Source of the DNA: Mycobacteriales bacterium | GTDB lineage: Bacteria > Actinomycetota > Actinomycetes > JALYNC01 | Assembly: GCA_038253225.1 (NCBI GenBank) | Contig: JBBSHH010000005.1 | Location: forward strand, 1 to 49,237 | DNA: 49,237 nt | Reading direction: 5' to 3' | Shown here: positions 47,417 to 49,237 of the stretch, piece after piece | Numbering within the stretch: the stretch's first letter is position 1 | Layout: the number at the start of each line of letters is the position of its first letter | Translations under genes and position numbers: made by a program | The notes under the pieces: model-generated | Seen by the model: the letters and a program-made list of their open reading frames with translations, nothing else | Databases searched by the model: none | Told to the model about the DNA's origin: nothing

Positions 47417-47424
47417 CCGCACGG

Positions 47425-47817
47425 TCAGGCGGTCGGCGCCTCGTCCTCCTCGGCGCTGTCGAGCACGCCGTCGGCGAAACCACGGGCGTAGTCCCAGCTG
47501 ACGTACTGGCTGGGGTCCGGGCTGAACGCCGGCTCGTGCACCCTGGTCTGGCCGACGTCGAGCAGGTGCCGCAGGTTGCTCTGCAGCAGCTCCCAGCCGA
47601 AGTAGTGCGGCTCCTGGCAGTCTTCGCAGTCCACCACCAGCCCGCGTACGCCGCGCTCCTCGAGCAGGGTGCGGAAGACCTCGAGGTCCTCCAGGTCGGC
47701 CAGCACCTCCTCCCGCTCGGTCGGGGACAGCGGCTCGTCGGTGTCGTCCTCGCCCAGCTCGGCCGCAGGATCCGATGGGTCCTCGGCGAACGGGTCGATC
47801 GGCTGGTCATCGCGCAC
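47425..47817 (-). CDS. DUF5319-like conserved actinobacterial protein
   Basis: DPFAEDPSDP, LADLEDLEVFRTLL..RGVRGLVVDCEDCQEPHY, VSWDYARG; divergent from guaB. Confidence 0.8.
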   Translation of the reverse strand: MRDDQPIDPFAEDPSDPAAELGEDDTDEPLSPTEREEVLADLEDLEVFRTLLEERGVRGLVVDCEDCQEPHYFGWELLQSNLRHLLDVGQTRVHEPAFSPDPSQYVSWDYARGFADGVLDSAEEDEAPTA

Positions 47818-47880
47818 GCTACCTACGGTAGCCCGCGCGGCGGCACCGACGCGGGCCGACCCGGTGGGATCCCCGGATAG

Positions 47881-49237
<1,357 letters not shown>

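Overview
Very GC-rich chromosomal core region of an actinobacterium (Zn-ribbon S4, His-tailed GroEL1, WhiB3/WhiD, BldM, actinobacterial LexA box). Order: 3' end of rpoC, a mug-type glycosylase (minus strand), the str, S10, spc and alpha clusters (rpsL to rplQ, with secY-adk-map, DUF1707, a GNAT, infA, rpmJ), truA, an ABC-F ATPase, rplM-rpsI-glmM, a doubly frameshifted DUF222/HNH gene (minus), glmS-acpS-nnr-alr-hydrolase-udg-tsaE-fadD-tsaB-rimI-tsaD-cation antiporter, CIRCE-groES-groEL1, whiB3 (minus), a MerR/cobalamin-fold regulator, bldM, DUF5319 (minus) and the 5' part of guaB. I saw no rRNA, tRNA, CRISPR array or intact transposase. Most of the window is ordinary housekeeping DNA and I cannot demonstrate a new system. 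The best leads are: (1) a whiB3 / MerR-B12-like / bldM cassette in which bldM has a FliA/WhiG-type leaderless promoter; (2) a 24-bp SOS palindrome covering the -10 edge and start codon of the DUF222-HNH gene; (3) a 14-bp x4 repeat that turns the acpS-nnr GTGA overlap into a relay of three 5-codon mini-ORFs; (4) truA apparently starting at CTG; (5) candidate r-protein leader RNA structures. All calls come from reading the sequence and recalling protein families; no searches were run.
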